A DNA stretch of 64,000 nt from Mobula hypostoma (taxonomy: Eukaryota): contig NC_086108.1 in the NCBI RefSeq assembly GCF_963921235.1, positions 60,638,001 through 60,702,000 on the forward strand, in the 5' to 3' direction. The notes under the pieces are model-generated. The model was not told where the DNA came from, did not search any database, and saw nothing but the letters and a program-made list of their open reading frames with translations. The position numbers were made by a program, and so were the translations under genes. Below are positions 1 through 14,060 of this stretch, piece after piece. Every line of letters begins with the position of its first letter. Within the stretch, counting starts at the first letter, position 1.

Positions 1-1385
1 TGTCATGAAATTTGTTAACTCAGCAGCAGCAGTACAGTGCAAAACATGACAAATATAGAAGAAAAAGAATTACAGTAAGTATATTTATGTATATTAAATA
101 GTTAAATTAAAAAGAGTGGTGCAAAAACAGAAATAATAAAAAAGTGAGGTAGTGTTCACAGGTTCAATATCCACTTAGAAATTGTATGGCAGAGGAGAAG
201 ATGCTGTTTCTAAAGCGCTGAATGAGTGCCTTCAGGTTTCTGTATCTCCTTCCTGATGGTAACAATGAGAAGAGGGCATGTCCTGGGCGATGGGGGTCCT
301 GAATAATGGATGATGCCTTTCTGAGGTACTGCTCCTTGAAGATATTTTGGATACTATGGAGGATATCATCCATGGTGGAGCTGACTAATTTTACAACTTT
401 CTGTAGCTTCTTTCGATCCTGCGCAGTAGACCCGCCCCCCACCCCCATACCAGACAGTGAGATGGTGATGCAGCCAGTCAAAATGCTCTCCACACTACAT
501 CTGTAGAAGTTTTCGAATGTTTTAAGTGACAAACCAAATCTCCTCAAAATCCTTATGAAATATAGCCACTGGCTTGCCTTCTTTATAGCTGAATTGATAG
601 GTTGGGACCAGGTTAAATCCTCAGAGTTACTGACAACCAGGAACTTGAAACTGCTCATTCTCTCCACTTCTGACCCCTCGATGAGGGTTGGTTTGTGTTC
701 CCTCGTCTTACCCTTTCAGAAGTCTACAATCAGTTCTTTAGTCTTACTAATGTTGAGTGCAAGTTTGTTGCTGTACCACCACTCAATTAGCTGGTATATC
801 TCACTCCTGTACACTCTCTCATCTCCATCTGAGATTTTGCCAACAATCAGCAAATTTATAGATGGATTTGAGCTATGCTTAGCCACACAGTCATGGGTAT
901 AGAGAGAGTAGAGCAGTGGACTAAGCACACATCCCTGAGGTGTTCCAGTGTTGATCATCAGTGAGGAGATGTTATTACCAATCTGCACAGGTTGTGGTCA
1001 TCCAGTTAGGAAGATGAGGATCCAATTGCAGAGGTAGGTTCAGAGGCCCAGGTTCTGTAACTTATCAATCAGGACTGTAGGAACGATGGTGTTGAATGCT
1101 GAGCTATAGTCAATGAACAGCATTCCGACATAGGTGTTTGTATTGTTCTGGTGGTCTATGGCTGCATGAAGAGCCTTTGAGATGGTGTCTGCTGTATACC
1201 TACTGTAGTGATAGGCAAATTACAGTGCCTCTTGGTCCTTGCTGAGGCAGGAGTTGATTCTTGCCATAACCAACCTCTCAAAGCATTTCATCACTGTAGA
1301 TGTGAGTGCAACTGGACGATAGTTGTTAAGGCAGCTCACACTGATCTTCTTGTGCACTGGTATTATTGTTGCCCTTTTGAAGTGG
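1..1385 (-). mobile_element. Rex1/Babar-type LINE, 5'-truncated and frameshifted
   Basis: ORF fragments [38 protein letters not shown] and FYRCSVESILTGCIT; 3' UTR runs toward position 1. Confidence 0.85.
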
Positions 1386-1654
1386 AGAGGGGGTAAATCT
1401 TCTGACCATAGCAGCTGGACAACGTTGGCCTCCACCTGTCAGAGAAATTCCCTTTGTCCTCTCCTCTCTCACCTTCCCTTCCCCGCAACTTTCTTTTTCA
1501 GTTTTCCAAGGAAAGAAGAAGATGTGAAACGTTAACTATGTTTCCCTTTCCACAGATGCTACCTAACCTGCTAAGTAAACTTACCTAGTATTTTCTGATT
1601 TTATTTTATGCTGCATGATCTTTTCAAATACAATAGATTGTAGTTAGATGGTCT

Positions 1655-2594
1655 ATCAGTTAATTGGGACTGGCATTTATTTAGGATAACTCTTAAAGAT
1701 GAAAAACAAATCAAAAAAATAGTTGGGAATTCCCTTGTTTATTTGGGACAATATGACACTTAATTGGAGCAGGAGACTGTTGCCGAGCATTTTCCAACAA
1801 GCATCTGTTGCTGTTTGACACTACACCATGCTTAGAGCAAACAGTTTTTAAATAGTAAACATGGGAAAATCTGCAAATGCTTGAAGTCCAAAGCAATGCA
1901 CACAAAATGCTGAAGAAACTCAGCAGGTCAGGCAGCATCTATGAAAAAGAGTAAACCATTGATGTTTCAGTCCGAGACCCTTTATCAGGATTCCAGTTTG
2001 CATGCAAGTAGCTGTGTGCATGTGATAGTGGCCACACCCTAGAACGCCACTTCAACAGTTGTGCTAAACCAGGTGAGGGTAGCCGGTTGGTCTCATACCC
2101 CAGTATGATAGGGATCTCCCTGTCCTAGCATATTAACTCAGGCCCAGCAGACTGGATGGATGAGATCTACAGTGAGATCCAACAGCCAGGAAGTTGTTTC
2201 TGCAACACTACGTGGAGAGCAAAGTGCATGACGAGGCACAGAATTAGACCTGGTCACTCACCCTAAACAGGGAAGACCCCTGTTGCGATGTCCACTTGTC
2301 CCAATGGACCCGGAATTCCAAGATCAAGAGAGTGGCTTTTCCACTTTAAAAAAATTGTCCAACGAAGGTTACCTGTCATCATCAGATAGGACAGACAACC
2401 ACCAGTAGTATTGGTAGCATTCTAATTTGCTCAGTATTTAACTTAAATACATACATCGCTACTCAGTTAAATGGTAGTTTGTCTTATTTATATCTCTTTA
2501 ACTATTTCCACGAAACTGGATAACTGGGGCAGTTGCTTAATTGGGCCAAAATGTACTAGTCCTGATGTGTCCCAATTAACCAGAATCCACTGTA
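1655..2594. mobile_element. Degenerate non-autonomous DNA transposon (Tigger/pogo-like) with internal insertions
   Basis: Ends cagttaattgggac ... gtcccaattaaccagaatccactg|ta form imperfect inverted termini. Confidence 0.4.
1857..1993 (-). mobile_element. Short Penelope-related 3'-end fragment with decayed hammerhead
   Basis: Reverse strand reads cctgataaagggtctcggactgaaacatcaat...gatgctgcctgacctgctgag...ttgctttggacttcaagcatttgcag. Confidence 0.65.
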
Positions 2595-3190
2595 CTTAGA
2601 TTCAAAAGAATCAACCTACTTGTTTAGAATTAACCCCATTTCACTGGAATGTTCTACAACAGAATAAGAAAAGTGTACTTGAAATTCAATATCCAGCACA
2701 CATACTGAATAGTGTCTCTTTATGATTACTAGACACAGAGCAGGTAGAATTAAATGATGATCATAAGGAATGCACAAGGCAAATAAACTCTCATAAAATA
2801 TAGAACTGACTTGAATTGTACTATAATCCTTTCATTCTTTGGGGGGAAAAAGACAATATTATCCAATTTATCAATCCTTCTGTTTTTAACATCTGTGTGA
2901 TACTTAGCAGCTTAAGTCAATGACGTATTTGTTAAAACTCTGCTTACGACTCATGCCAAAAACAACTTAAAGTGCTTTTGTGGGAAAATTAAAGGAAAGC
3001 TCTTTTCCCAGGTGCAGTAAATTAGGCAAGAGACTGACTTGCCTGCTTAATTACCAAATATACCATTTCAAAAGCTGTTCAAGTTATTATTGTAGAAGAA
3101 TATTGAGGATGAATGGGTGCATATTGGAAAATTTAAGCAGTTACCTTTGAATTTTTATATGATTGCAAAGGGCAAATCAGACTTGCATAA

Positions 3191-3436
<246 letters not shown>

Positions 3437-4275
3437 TAATTTATTCATGTAAATTGGAATTGAATGTCTCATCACTAAGTTTGCCTCCCACTTCTCTAAA
3501 TGTTATTGGCTTACTGGGGTGCAATTTCTTATCCAGTTCACAGAATCTCTTGTTTTCCCCATTAATGTTGAGTGTGGTTTAGCTATTACACTGCAGAGGG
3601 TTACAGATAATCTGAAAAAAAGTACCCTCACCTCACGTCTACAGAATGTACCTTTTATTGACAGTAGGTTTGAAATGAAATTGTAAAATATAATAAGATC
3701 CAGAACTAATGCTGAAAACTCCAGGGCCATTCATATTCACTGATTATGGCCTATCCCAGTTGAGCTTATCCTATTGGTGAAGTGTACATAGAAATCAATG
3801 GAGATCAGTCTGGCTGTCATATCTGTAAAGTTGAGAATACCATTCTAATTGGGCTGTTTCACAAAATAACTCCTCAGATATTGGTCAGGATAAAAGAGCA
3901 GAGCCAAATGGAGTGGGATTACAGGGATGTTGTCCTGATCCAAAACTTTGGCATTTGTTTTTATCGATCCTTCAGTTATTTCTGTTTTGCTCAGTTCTTT
4001 AATTGCAGAGTAGCTTCCTGGATAATTTCCTATTAACAGCACCCATATTGAATAGGAATTGGGTTGCAGGCAGACCATTCATACTAGAAGAGGCAGAATA
4101 ATGCTGAAGAAAATACTTGATTTCAAACAATTTTTACCATTAGCCAACTTGTGTATTGGAACTGATTGAGTTCTATGCTGAGGCTAGCAAGGAAGTGGAT
4201 GATAATTTCAGGTTATAAAACAAATTTATAGTTCTTTTTGTGAAATTCCTCATAACCTGCTGGGATGTACTGTAT

Positions 4276-6441
4276 GACCATAAGACCATAAGAAATTGGA
4301 GCAAAATTAGGCTATTTGGCCCATTGAGTCTGCTCTGCAACTCAATCATTGCTGATCCTTTTTTCCCCTCCTCAGCCCCACTCCCTGGTCTTCTCCTAAT
4401 AACCTTTGATGCTATGGCCAATCAAGAACTTGTCAATCTCCACATTAAGTACACCCAACAACCTGGCCTCCACAGCTGCCTGTGGTAACAAATTCCACAA
4501 ATTCACCACCCTCTGGCTAAAGAAATTTCTCCACATCTCTGTTTTAAATGGACGACCTCAATCCTGAGATTGTGCCCTCTTATCCTAGACTCCCCCACCA
4601 GGAGACACATCCTTTGCACATCTACTGAGTCTAGGCCTTACAACATTCAAAAGGTTTCAATAAGATCCCCCTGATCCTTTTAAATTCCAGTGAGCACAGG
4701 CCCAGAGCCATCAAGTGTTCCTCGTATGATAACCTTTTCATTCCCGGAATCATCCTTGTGAACCTCCTCTGAACTCTCTCCAATGCCAGCACATCTTTTC
4801 CTAGATGAGGGACCCAAAACCTTTCACAATACTCAAGGTGAGGCCTCACAAGTGCCTGTATAAAGCCTCACCATCACATCACCGCTCTTGTATTCTAGGC
4901 CTCTTGAAATGAATGCTAACATTGCATTTGCCTTCCTCACCACCGACTCAACCTGCAAGTTAACATTTAGAGTGTTCTGCACAAGGACTTCCAAGTTTCT
5001 TTGCATCTCAGATTTTTGGATTTTTCCCCATTTACAAAATAGTCTGCACATTTATTTCTTCTGCTAAAGTGCATGACCATGCATTTTCCAACATTGTATT
5101 TCATTTGCCACTTTCTTGCCCTTTCTCCTAATCTGTCTAAGTCCTTCTGAATCCTTCCTGTTTCCTCAACACTACCTGCCCCTCTACCAATCTTCATATC
5201 ATCTGCCATTTTGGCAACAAAGCCATTTATTCCAGCATCTAAATCATTGATATACAGCATAAAAAGAAGCAGTCCCAACACCGACTCCTGTGGAACACCA
5301 CTAGTCACTGGTTGCCAACCTGAAAAGGGTCTTTTTATTCCCACTTGCTGTCTCCTACCAATCATCAAATGCTCTAACCATGCCAGTAGCTTTCCTGTAA
5401 TACCATAGGCTCTTAACTTGTAAGCAGCCTCGTGTGTGGCACCTTGTCAAAGGCCTTCTGAAAATTCAAATATACAACATACAATGTGATCCCCTTTTTC
5501 TTTCCTACTTGTAGTCTCCTCAAAGCATTCCAACAGGTTCAACAGACAAGATTTTCCCTGAAGGAAACATGCTGACTTTGTTCTATCTGTCCTGTGTCAC
5601 CAAGTACTCCATAACATCGTCCTTAACAATTGATTCCAACATCTTCCCAAACACTGAGGTCGGGCTAACTGGTTCATAACTTCCTTCCTGCTGCCATCCT
5701 GCTTTCTTAAAGAGTGGAGTGACATTTGCAATTTTCCAGTCTTCCGGAACCATGCCAGAGTCCAATGATTCATGAGAGATCATTACTAATGTCTCCACAA
5801 TCTCTACCACTACCTCTTTCAGGCCCCTAGGGGGCAGTTCATCTGGTCTAGGTGGCTTACGTATCCTTGGGTCTTTCAGTGTTCTGAGCACATTCTCCCT
5901 TGTTATAGTATCTGCACTCTCTTCTCTTCCCTCACACCCCTCAACACTTGGCACACTGCTAGTGTCTTCTACAGTGAGACAGATGCAAAATAGTCATTTA
6001 GTTCATCTGCCATCTCCTTGTCCCCTGTTATTCTTTCTCCAGCTTCGTTTTCTGGCAGTCCTATATCCACTCTCATCTCTCTTTTATTTTTTGTACACGA
6101 ATAAAAGCTTTTTCTATCAACCTTGATATTGTTTGCTACTTGCTTTCATATTTCATCTTTTCCCTACTAATGATTTTTTTAGTTGCTTTCTGTAGGTTTT
6201 TAAAAGCTTCTTCTATCTTCTCTATCTTCCTGCTAATTTTTACCTTGTGTATGCCCTCTCCTTTGCTTTTATATTGGCTTTGATTTCCCTTGTCAGCCGT
6301 GGTTGTATTATTTTGCCACTTGTGTACCTGTATTTCTTTGTTTTTGGAATACATCTATCCTACACCTTCCTCATTTTTCCCAGAAACTCAGGCCATTGCT
6401 GCTCTGCTACCATCCCTGCCAGCATCTCCTTCCAATTTACC
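4276..6441 (-). mobile_element. CR1 LINE, 5'-truncated, degraded RT
   Basis: ORF fragments PEDWKIANVTPLFKK, VTSGVPQESVLG...ADDMKIG and RPHLEYC; (gaccataa)2 terminal repeat at 4276-4292. Confidence 0.9.
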
Positions 6442-6444
6442 ATG

Positions 6445-6962
6445 CCATGATAGTGTAGTAGTTAGCATGATGGTACCACAAATGGAGTTTGGGGTTCGAT
6501 TCTGACACCGTCTGTAAGAGTTTGTACATCTTGCACATTACTGCATGTGTTTCCTCTAGGTGCTCCAGTTTCCTTCCACAGTCCAAAGATGTTAGTCGGT
6601 TAATTGGTTATTATAAGTTGTCTTGTGATGAGGAGGGAGGGGAGGGAGGAGGGAATGTCGACTCAGACCATGAGAGGCTTGTGTCGGGCATTTTCATGCC
6701 TTACAAGGTGCAGATTGGAAGTCTGTGTGGGGCGCCACTCCTTGCACAGAGCAATGTGTGGTTAAGTGCCTTGCTCAAGGACATAAACACTCTGCCACAG
6801 CTGAGGTTCGAACTAGCGACCTTCAGATCACTAGACGAACACCTTAACCACTTGGCCACGTGATGAAGTTAGCATTAAATATGTGAGTTGCCGGCCGATG
6901 CAGCTTGTTGGGCCAGAGGGGCTGGTTCCATGCTGTATCTCTAACAAAACTAATAAAATAAA
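6445..6962 (+). mobile_element. tRNA-derived V-SINE-like element interrupted by a second SINE
   Basis: B-box-like gggttcgattc, V-domain-like gtttcctctaggtgctccagtttccttccacagtccaaagatg, CR1-like 3' tail and A-rich end. Confidence 0.6.
6632..6859 (-). mobile_element. tRNA-derived SINE nested in the V-SINE
   Basis: On -: A box tggccaagtgg and B box gttcgaacc; gtgatga duplicated on both sides (6625-6631 and 6860-6866). Confidence 0.7.
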
Positions 6963-8003
6963 ATGTTTGCAGTCCTAGATGAGACATGCGTGATCGTTAT
7001 TGATACTGGGAATTTTAAAACGCTCACCTGGCTTAAAGTGGCAAGGGGAGCAAAGATGTGGGAGAAAGATAGACTTGTTCATTTTGTGGTCCTGATTCAG
7101 CCAAGCCACAACTTAAATCTGTGCAAGTGTGGTAGCCTTTGCAAAGCTGGCTGGATCCTTTTTTAAGTATGCAGATTATGTACTCTATCTGTGCCAATTG
7201 CTGAAAAATGATCAGATGTGGAACAAAAGATGTTTTCAGCTCAATTTCACAGTGATGCACAGCTGAGATAAACTAGTCCACGTTGGTGACTGTGGTCTGT
7301 ACAACTCAGCTTCACACCTAGCAGTCAGAGAGGCAAAATAGTAATTTGTATCATGATGAGCATCCTGTACCCGGCATCTTTAGTTGTCAATCCATGCACA
7401 CACGCTGTAAACTGTCTATATTGCAGAACAGGCAGTACTTTGTGTAGCAGATACTGGAATGGAGGAGTTGGCATTTGATGGTGTTAGCATCTGGTTATCA
7501 AATATACTCATCATGGTTTCCTGCTGTCACAAAGTACTGAATTTGATTTTTTTTCTATGTTTACAGAAGGCCAGACACAATTGTCATTTCAATCTTTTCT
7601 TTCACTAGAACTAGCACAATGGTTTTTGTTTATGGTGGCCTTGTATAAAATTGGCCAGTATCTGCAGTTAAACTTTTGTACTTAAGACAAAAGTAGGATA
7701 TGGACATGTTGCTGAAGTCCATTTTGAAGTAAAATCCAGTTATAAGGTTTATGTTGTGTCAATACAGCAACGAAGTAAATAATGAATATTACAGCAGTGG
7801 CACCCAGGCTAATAAACTTTCACAGAAACGATGTCTGGGAGGTTTGTCCAGATCTTAATGGGGATTAAACAAGCAGCTGCCATTGCTGCCTTCAACCTTG
7901 AAGTGCTGAAGTCTTCTGACCAGACCAGAGGTGAATGCTGAAGTGTAGTATTGTCCTTGACGTCTCTCTTTTTGATGTAAATAGAACAATGCAAGAAATG
8001 TAG

Positions 8004-8249
<246 letters not shown>

Positions 8250-8371
8250 TAAGATTTTATATTTATATATTTTAATAGAAATTCATATTACTTATTCCTT
8301 GAAAAAACAATTGGCTGTCTTAACCATTATTTCCACAGACTGGTAATATTAAATGACTGTTTCTTTTAAAG

Positions 8372-8471
8372 GGATAGATTTCGAACTATGATTAATGTTC
8401 TCGGAGATGCTCTGGCAGCTGGAATTATGGCTCATATCTGCCGAAAGAATTTTACTCAGGAAAATGATGAA
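8372..8471 (+). CDS. SLC1A7: EAAT5 penultimate coding exon (100 bp; not in ORF track)
   Basis: ttttaaag acceptor and gtagga donor at 8472. Encodes [33 protein letters not shown], matching recalled human EAAT5 [25 protein letters not shown]. Confidence 0.93.
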
Positions 8472-8969
8472 GTAGGAAAATAATTTTTTTGTATTCTTCT
8501 CAAATTTATTTTAATCCAGTGGATCTGTCTAATGATTTTGAACGTTGAGTAATAATTGATCTTGGAAAGAAGTATGTAATCCCCATGGAAACACAAAACA
8601 AAGTAAAGAATCATTACTATGTGGGAGACCAATCAGCCCGTCAAGTCTGTGTTGACCCTTTATAGAACAATCCTACCGGTTCTATTCCTTATTATTTCCT
8701 TGCAGCCCTGCAAAGCAATGTACTTTCTTTTCAAATCCACATTTTGAAACTCCTGATTGACTGTTTCCACCATCCCTACCATTCATGTAGGCTTCAAGGT
8801 CCAGATTATAAGCACTGTCTATGTACAATAAAAAGTTAATTTCCCTCAGACCTTTTGATCCTCAGTTCACATCTGAATCCCTGTTCCTTTTGGTCCTGAA
8901 CAGCCAAACTGAACAATATTTTTTATCATCTAAACTCAGCAAGATCTTGTTTATCTTTGTCAAATCTAC

Positions 8970-9665
8970 TCCAAGTCAAATTTCAAAGTACATTTACTAT
9001 CAATGTATACATTATACAACTTTGAGATTTTTCTCCTTTCAGGAGACAAAGAAACAAAACAAAGAAACCCAAAGGAACCCATAAAAAAGAAGACTGTTAA
9101 ACAGCCAATGTACAGGGGGGAAAAAAAACAAATTGTGCAAACAATAAAAGTAAGCAAATGGCATTCAGAATGAAGGTGAAACCACAGAGACAAAGCCAGG
9201 CATCCCTGCAGCCGGAGCAGGGCACACCCTCAGTTCAGTGCAGAGCCGAGTAAACATCACAGAGCAACAAGCTGAACCAGCCCGACCTCGCGTCTGTTCC
9301 TGCACCCTGCCTGTTCAACCTGGCTCAGTGTTTACATCGTCCGAACATCATGTTGTTCCTTGCTCCAGGATCCGGGCCCTGTCAATTTGACACACTGTGG
9401 GCCTGGAACCCACTGCCATGTTTCAGCCTGTGCCTGACCTTTCCAAATTGGCCTGGGGCTCAGACTGATCAAATCTTGGGTCTTTCCTCACTCTCGGATT
9501 TGGTCGACGGGCTTCGCCCCAACTCTGCCTCACCTCCACTCAGCCTCTCCATTGTGTGCAGTGATCGTTTACCAGAAAAAGTGTTATTAATAAAGCATTT
9601 AGTGGTATTCTTTGTTTTGGTTGCCGCAGATAGGTAGTTGCTGGACGACACCACTGTCATCTTCT
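8970..9665 (-). mobile_element. Probable non-autonomous LINE-derived repeat
   Basis: LINE-like 3' end near 8970-9010 and a GC-richer body; no ORF homology recognised. Confidence 0.3.
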
Positions 9666-10500
9666 GTGCTTGAAGGAGAACACTCAGCATTAAGTGTATA
9701 TATCAGATTCCCTACATGAACGCCGACCCATTCACCCCAAAGCATTTTGATTATATCTGTCTTGCTACCTCGGTCATGGCAATCAGGATCATGCTTATGC
9801 TTCTGAATGGTCTAAAATTACACATCAAAAATACTCTTTTTGATAAATTACTACTACTGCTAATGTCCAAAATCTCATTGTAAGGACATGCTTTCAGATG
9901 AGGAAATGCTTGTTTGAAGTAGGATTGTAATAACTACATTTCCTGAGTTGTATTTTTGTGGATTTTGCTCAGTGTTGGGAGTGTTATTTAATTTCTTCAT
10001 TTCAACTGTCTCTTGCTACCTCAAGTTTAGTGCTGTTGTTCCTATAGAAACTCCAGATGAAGAGTCATGCTGTGTGAAAACAGCCCCTTCAGCCCACTGA
10101 GTTTACTCAAATTATCAAACACACATTTGTAGTAATCCTGCGCAAATGCCATTTTATTTTGCCTGCACACCCAGCACTCTATCAGATTCTGCATTTGCTA
10201 CAGGCCAAGGGGAATTTACAGTGGCCTGGTAACCCATCAACCAATGAATTGTTGGGATGTTGGGATGTGGGAGAAAACTAGAGCTCCTGGGTAAACCCCT
10301 GTGATCATGGGGGGAATGTATAAACCTCACACAGACAGCAGCCAATTGTAGGAATGAAACCTTGTTTCTGGAGTTCTGTTAGTTAATTTGTGGAGGGAGG
10401 TAAGTCTGGCCCCACTTTTTCTTATATTAATGGCTTTGCAATTCCAGCAACTGGTGAAAGGATGATGCTTGTCATTGACCTCAACTAAAAAAAAATTGTC

Positions 10501-11391
10501 TTTCTTTTCAAATCTTTTTATTATTATATTATTCAAAAAAAAATAACATGAGTACATCGAAGTAACAACACTTACAATGTCTCAAGGAAAAAAAAGTTAT
10601 CTTAAAGATTGAAAAATTTTGTGATAATAAAAAAAACCCTACTAAGCAGAAAAAGTGGGGAAAAAAAACCATTAGGTGTACAGCCCCGGAGCCATGCATC
10701 ATACAAAAAGCTTCAAAAAATAAACATCAAACTGCCAGCAAGAAAGAAAAATATACCAAAAAAATTACATAAAAGTTGCTGGTGAACGCAGCAGGCCAGG
10801 CAGCATTTCTAGGAAAAGGTATGGTCAACGTTTCTATGTGAGTTGCTTGAAATTCCAGCATCTGCAGATTTCCTCGTGTTTGCGCCAAAAAATTTACAGT
10901 TAGATCGTGGAGAAAATCTATCAATTAGCTCAAATGATAATAACGAGCAAATGAGCCCCATCTTTTCTCAAAATCAAATAAAGCTTCAAAGGTTCAGCTT
11001 CTAATTTTCTCCAAACTAAGACATAGCATCACTTGAGAGAGCCATTGTGACAAAATAGGAGCTGATGTATCCTTCCACTTCAACAAAATGTCCCTCCTAG
11101 CTATCAATATAACAAATGCAATAACATGTTGGTCAGACACAGAAATACCATGGATATTTTGAGGAATTGTTCCGAAAAGCACAGTTAATTTGTTAGGTTG
11201 TAGATTAATTTTAAGTGCTTTAGAAATTGTCGAGAAAACTGACATCCAGAACTGTTCCAATATAGAACAAGACCAAAACATATGTGTCAGTGTAGCACCT
11301 ATCTCAGTTTTACATCTATCACAATAACTATCAACATTAGGAAATATTTTAGAGAGCCTCTCCTTCGTCAAATGATAACGATTACAATTTT
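10501..11391 (-). mobile_element. L1/Tx1-like LINE, 3' segment (C-terminal Cys/His domain, 3' UTR, A-rich tail)
   Basis: TKERLSKIFPNVDSYCDRCKTEIGATLTHMFWSC (CxxC...H..W.C motif); ends aataataaaaagatttgaaaagaaa on -. Confidence 0.85.
10770..10884. mobile_element. 115-bp Penelope fold-back mini-insertion in the L1 3' UTR
   Basis: Reverse-complement Penelope 3' piece joined to a forward Penelope tail; flanked by ccaaaaaaattaca / ccaaaaaatttaca (14 bp, 1 mismatch). Confidence 0.75.
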
Positions 11392-12001
11392 GTTCCCTTA
11401 GTAGACTCTATGAAGTATTTATTTAGTAGATGGAGTCCACTTACATTTTCACTTGTTCATGTTCATGTAGTTAAAATGATGATTTTACCAAAATTTTATA
11501 TTTATTTCAGAATATCCCTTTTTTTGACTAAGAAGTTTTTTGATTGGATTGATTCTATTATTTTATCTTTTATTTGGAGTAATAAAAGACTAAGGATTAG
11601 TAAATGTCACTTACCAAAGTTGAAAAAGGATGGAAGTCTTACTTTGCCTAATTTAAGAATGTATTATTGGGCTGTTAATGTTCGATACATGTCCATTTTG
11701 GTTATATTAGGTTGATAAAAATGATCGGCCAATATGGGTAGACCTGGAACTGAAAGCTGTGAAACAGTTTTATTTAACCTTGTTATTGGGAGTTGCTTTA
11801 CCTATACAATTAGCTAAAGTTGCTTATTTAAACCTATACCCTCTGATTAAGCATTCTTTACAAATTTGGCTCCAGTTCCGCAACTTTTTTAATCTTAAAA
11901 AATTTAAACTTTGTAGTTTAATTTATCAAAATTATTTTTTAATCTTTCTTTGAGTGAATTTTTTTACTTTGGAAAAACAAAGGTAGTAATTCTTTTTTGG
12001 A

Positions 12002-14060
12002 CGCAAACAACAGGAATTCTGCAGATGCTGGAAATTCTAGCAACAAACATAAAAGTTGCTGGTGAACGCAGCAGGCCAGGCAGCATCTCTAGGAAGAGGT
12101 GCAGTCGACGTTTCAGGCCGAGACCCTTCGTCAGGACTAACTGACGGAAGAGTGAGTAAGGGATTTGAAAGTTGGAGGGGGAGGGGGAGATCCAAAATGA
12201 TAGGAGAAGACAGGAGGGGGAGGGATGGAGCCAAGAGCTGGACAGGTGATAGGCAAAAGGGATACGAGAGGATCATGGGACAGGAGGTCCGGGAAGAAAG
12301 ACAAGGGAGGGGGGACCCAGAGGATGGGCAAGGGGTATAGTCAGAGGGACAGAGGGAGAAAAAGGAGAGTGAGAGAAAGAATGTGTGTATAAAAATAAGT
12401 AACAGATGGGGTACGAGGGGGAGGTGGGGCATTAGCGGAAGTTGGAGAAGTCGATGTTCATGCCATCAGGTTGGAGGCTACCCAGACGGAATATAAGGTG
12501 TTGTTCCTCCAACCTGAGTGTGGCTTCATCTTTAAAGTAGAGGAGGCCGTGGATAGACATGTCAGAATGGGAATGGGATGTGGAATTAAAATGTGTGGCC
12601 ACTGGGAGATCCTGCTTTCTCTGGCGGACAGAGCGTAGGTGTTCAGCAAAGCGGTCTCCCAGTCTGCGTCGGGTCTCGCCAATATATAAAAGGCCACATC
12701 GGGAGCACCGGACGCAGTATATCACCCCAGCCGACTCACAGGTGAAGTGATGCCTCACCTGGAAGGACTGTTTGGGGCCCTGAATGGTGGTAAGGGAGGA
12801 AGTGTAAGGGCATGTGTAGCACTTGTTCCGCTTACACGGATAAGTGCCAGGAGGGAGATCAGTGGGGAGGGATGGTGGGGACGAATGGACAAGGGAGTTG
12901 CGTAGGGAGCGATCCCTGCAGAATGCAGAGAGAGAGGGGGAGGGAAAGATGTGCTTAGTGGTGGGATCCAGTTGGAGGTGGCGGAAGTTACGGAGAATAA
13001 TATGTTGGATCCGGAGGCTGGTGGGGTGGTAGGTGAGGACTAGGGGAACCCTATTCCTAGTGGGGAGGCGGGAGGATGGAGTGAGAGCAGATGTATGTGA
13101 AATGGGGGAGATGCGTTTAAGAGCAGAGTTGATAGTGGAGGAAGGGAAGCCCCTTTCTTTAAAAAAGGAAGACATCTCCCTCATCCTAGAATGAAAAGCC
13201 TCATCCTGAGAGCAGATGCGGCGGAGACGGAGGAATTGCGAGAAGGGGATGGCGTTTTTGCAAGAGACAGGGTGAGAAGAGGAATAGTCCAGATAGCTGT
13301 GAGAGTCAGTAGGCTTATAGTAGACATCAGTGGATAAGCTGTCTCCAGAGACAGAGACAGAAAGATCCAGAAAGGGGAGGGAGGTGTCGGAAATGGACCA
13401 GGTAAACTTGAGGGCAGGGTGAAAGTTGGAGGCAAAGTTAATAAAGTCAACGAGCTTTGCATGCGTGCAGGAAGCAGTGCCAATGCAGTCATCGATGTAG
13501 TGAAGGAAAAGTGGGGGACAGATACCAGAATAGGCACGGAACATAGATTGTTCCACAAAGCCAACAAAATGGCAGGCATAGCTAGGACCCATGCGGGTGC
13601 CCATAGCTACACCTTTAGTTTGGAGGAAATGGGAGGAGCCAATGGAGAAATTATTAAGAGTAAGGACTAATTCCGCTAGACGGAGCAGAGTGGTGGTAGA
13701 GGGGAACTGATTAGGTCTGGAATCCAAAAAGAAGCGTAGAGCTTTGAGACCTTCCTGATGGGGGATGGAAGTATATAGGGACTGGACATCCATGGTGAAG
13801 ATAAAGCGGTGGGGGCCAGGGAACTTAAAATCATCGAAAAGTTTAAGAGCGTGAGAAGTGTCACGAACATAGGTAGGAAGGGATTGAACAAGGGGGGATA
13901 AAACAGTGTCGAGGTATGCAGAAACGAGTTCGGTGGGGCAGGAGCAAGCTGAGACAATAGGTCGGCCAGGACAGGCAGGTTTGTGGATCTTGGGTAGGAG
14001 GTAGAAACGGGAAGTATGAGGTGTGGGAACTATAAGGTTGGTAGCAGTGGATGGGAGATT
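12002..14060 (-). mobile_element. Young 5'-truncated Penelope-like element (Neptune-type), RT + GIY-YIG
   Basis: Uninterrupted 543-aa frame with LPKIHK...GRPIVS, MDVQSLYTSIP, GVAMG, YIDD, linker CKRNKCYTC and GVIYCVRCSRCGLLYIGET...RFAEH; 3' UTR with hammerhead and terminal tail. Confidence 0.93.
12103..12138 (-). ncRNA. Minimal type I hammerhead ribozyme, intact core
   Basis: On -: agtc-CTGACGA-agggtctcggcct-GAAA-c-GTC/gact. Stem I agtc:gact, stem II agg:cct, palindromic ACGT in place of stem III. Confidence 0.85.

Noticed and set aside
164..667. ORFs with KKA.Q.LYF.R.L...FYRC.VESILTGCIT (also near 40448, 43884, 51873) that can be annotated as DUF1891/ALKBH8-like
   Set aside because: This is the C-terminal region of the Rex1/Babar ORF; multi-copy, frameshifted and contiguous with RT fragments.
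6790..6859. tRNA-like sequence on - with A and B boxes
   Set aside because: Continues into a SINE body and has a flanking duplication; a SINE head, not a tRNA gene.
12037..13957. Overlapping Pro/Ser/Leu- or Gly/Arg-rich ORFs in other frames of the Penelope copies (also 38.7-40.5, 44.0-45.4, 58.0-60.5 kb)
   Set aside because: Shadow ORFs caused by strand-skewed, GC-richer Penelope sequence.
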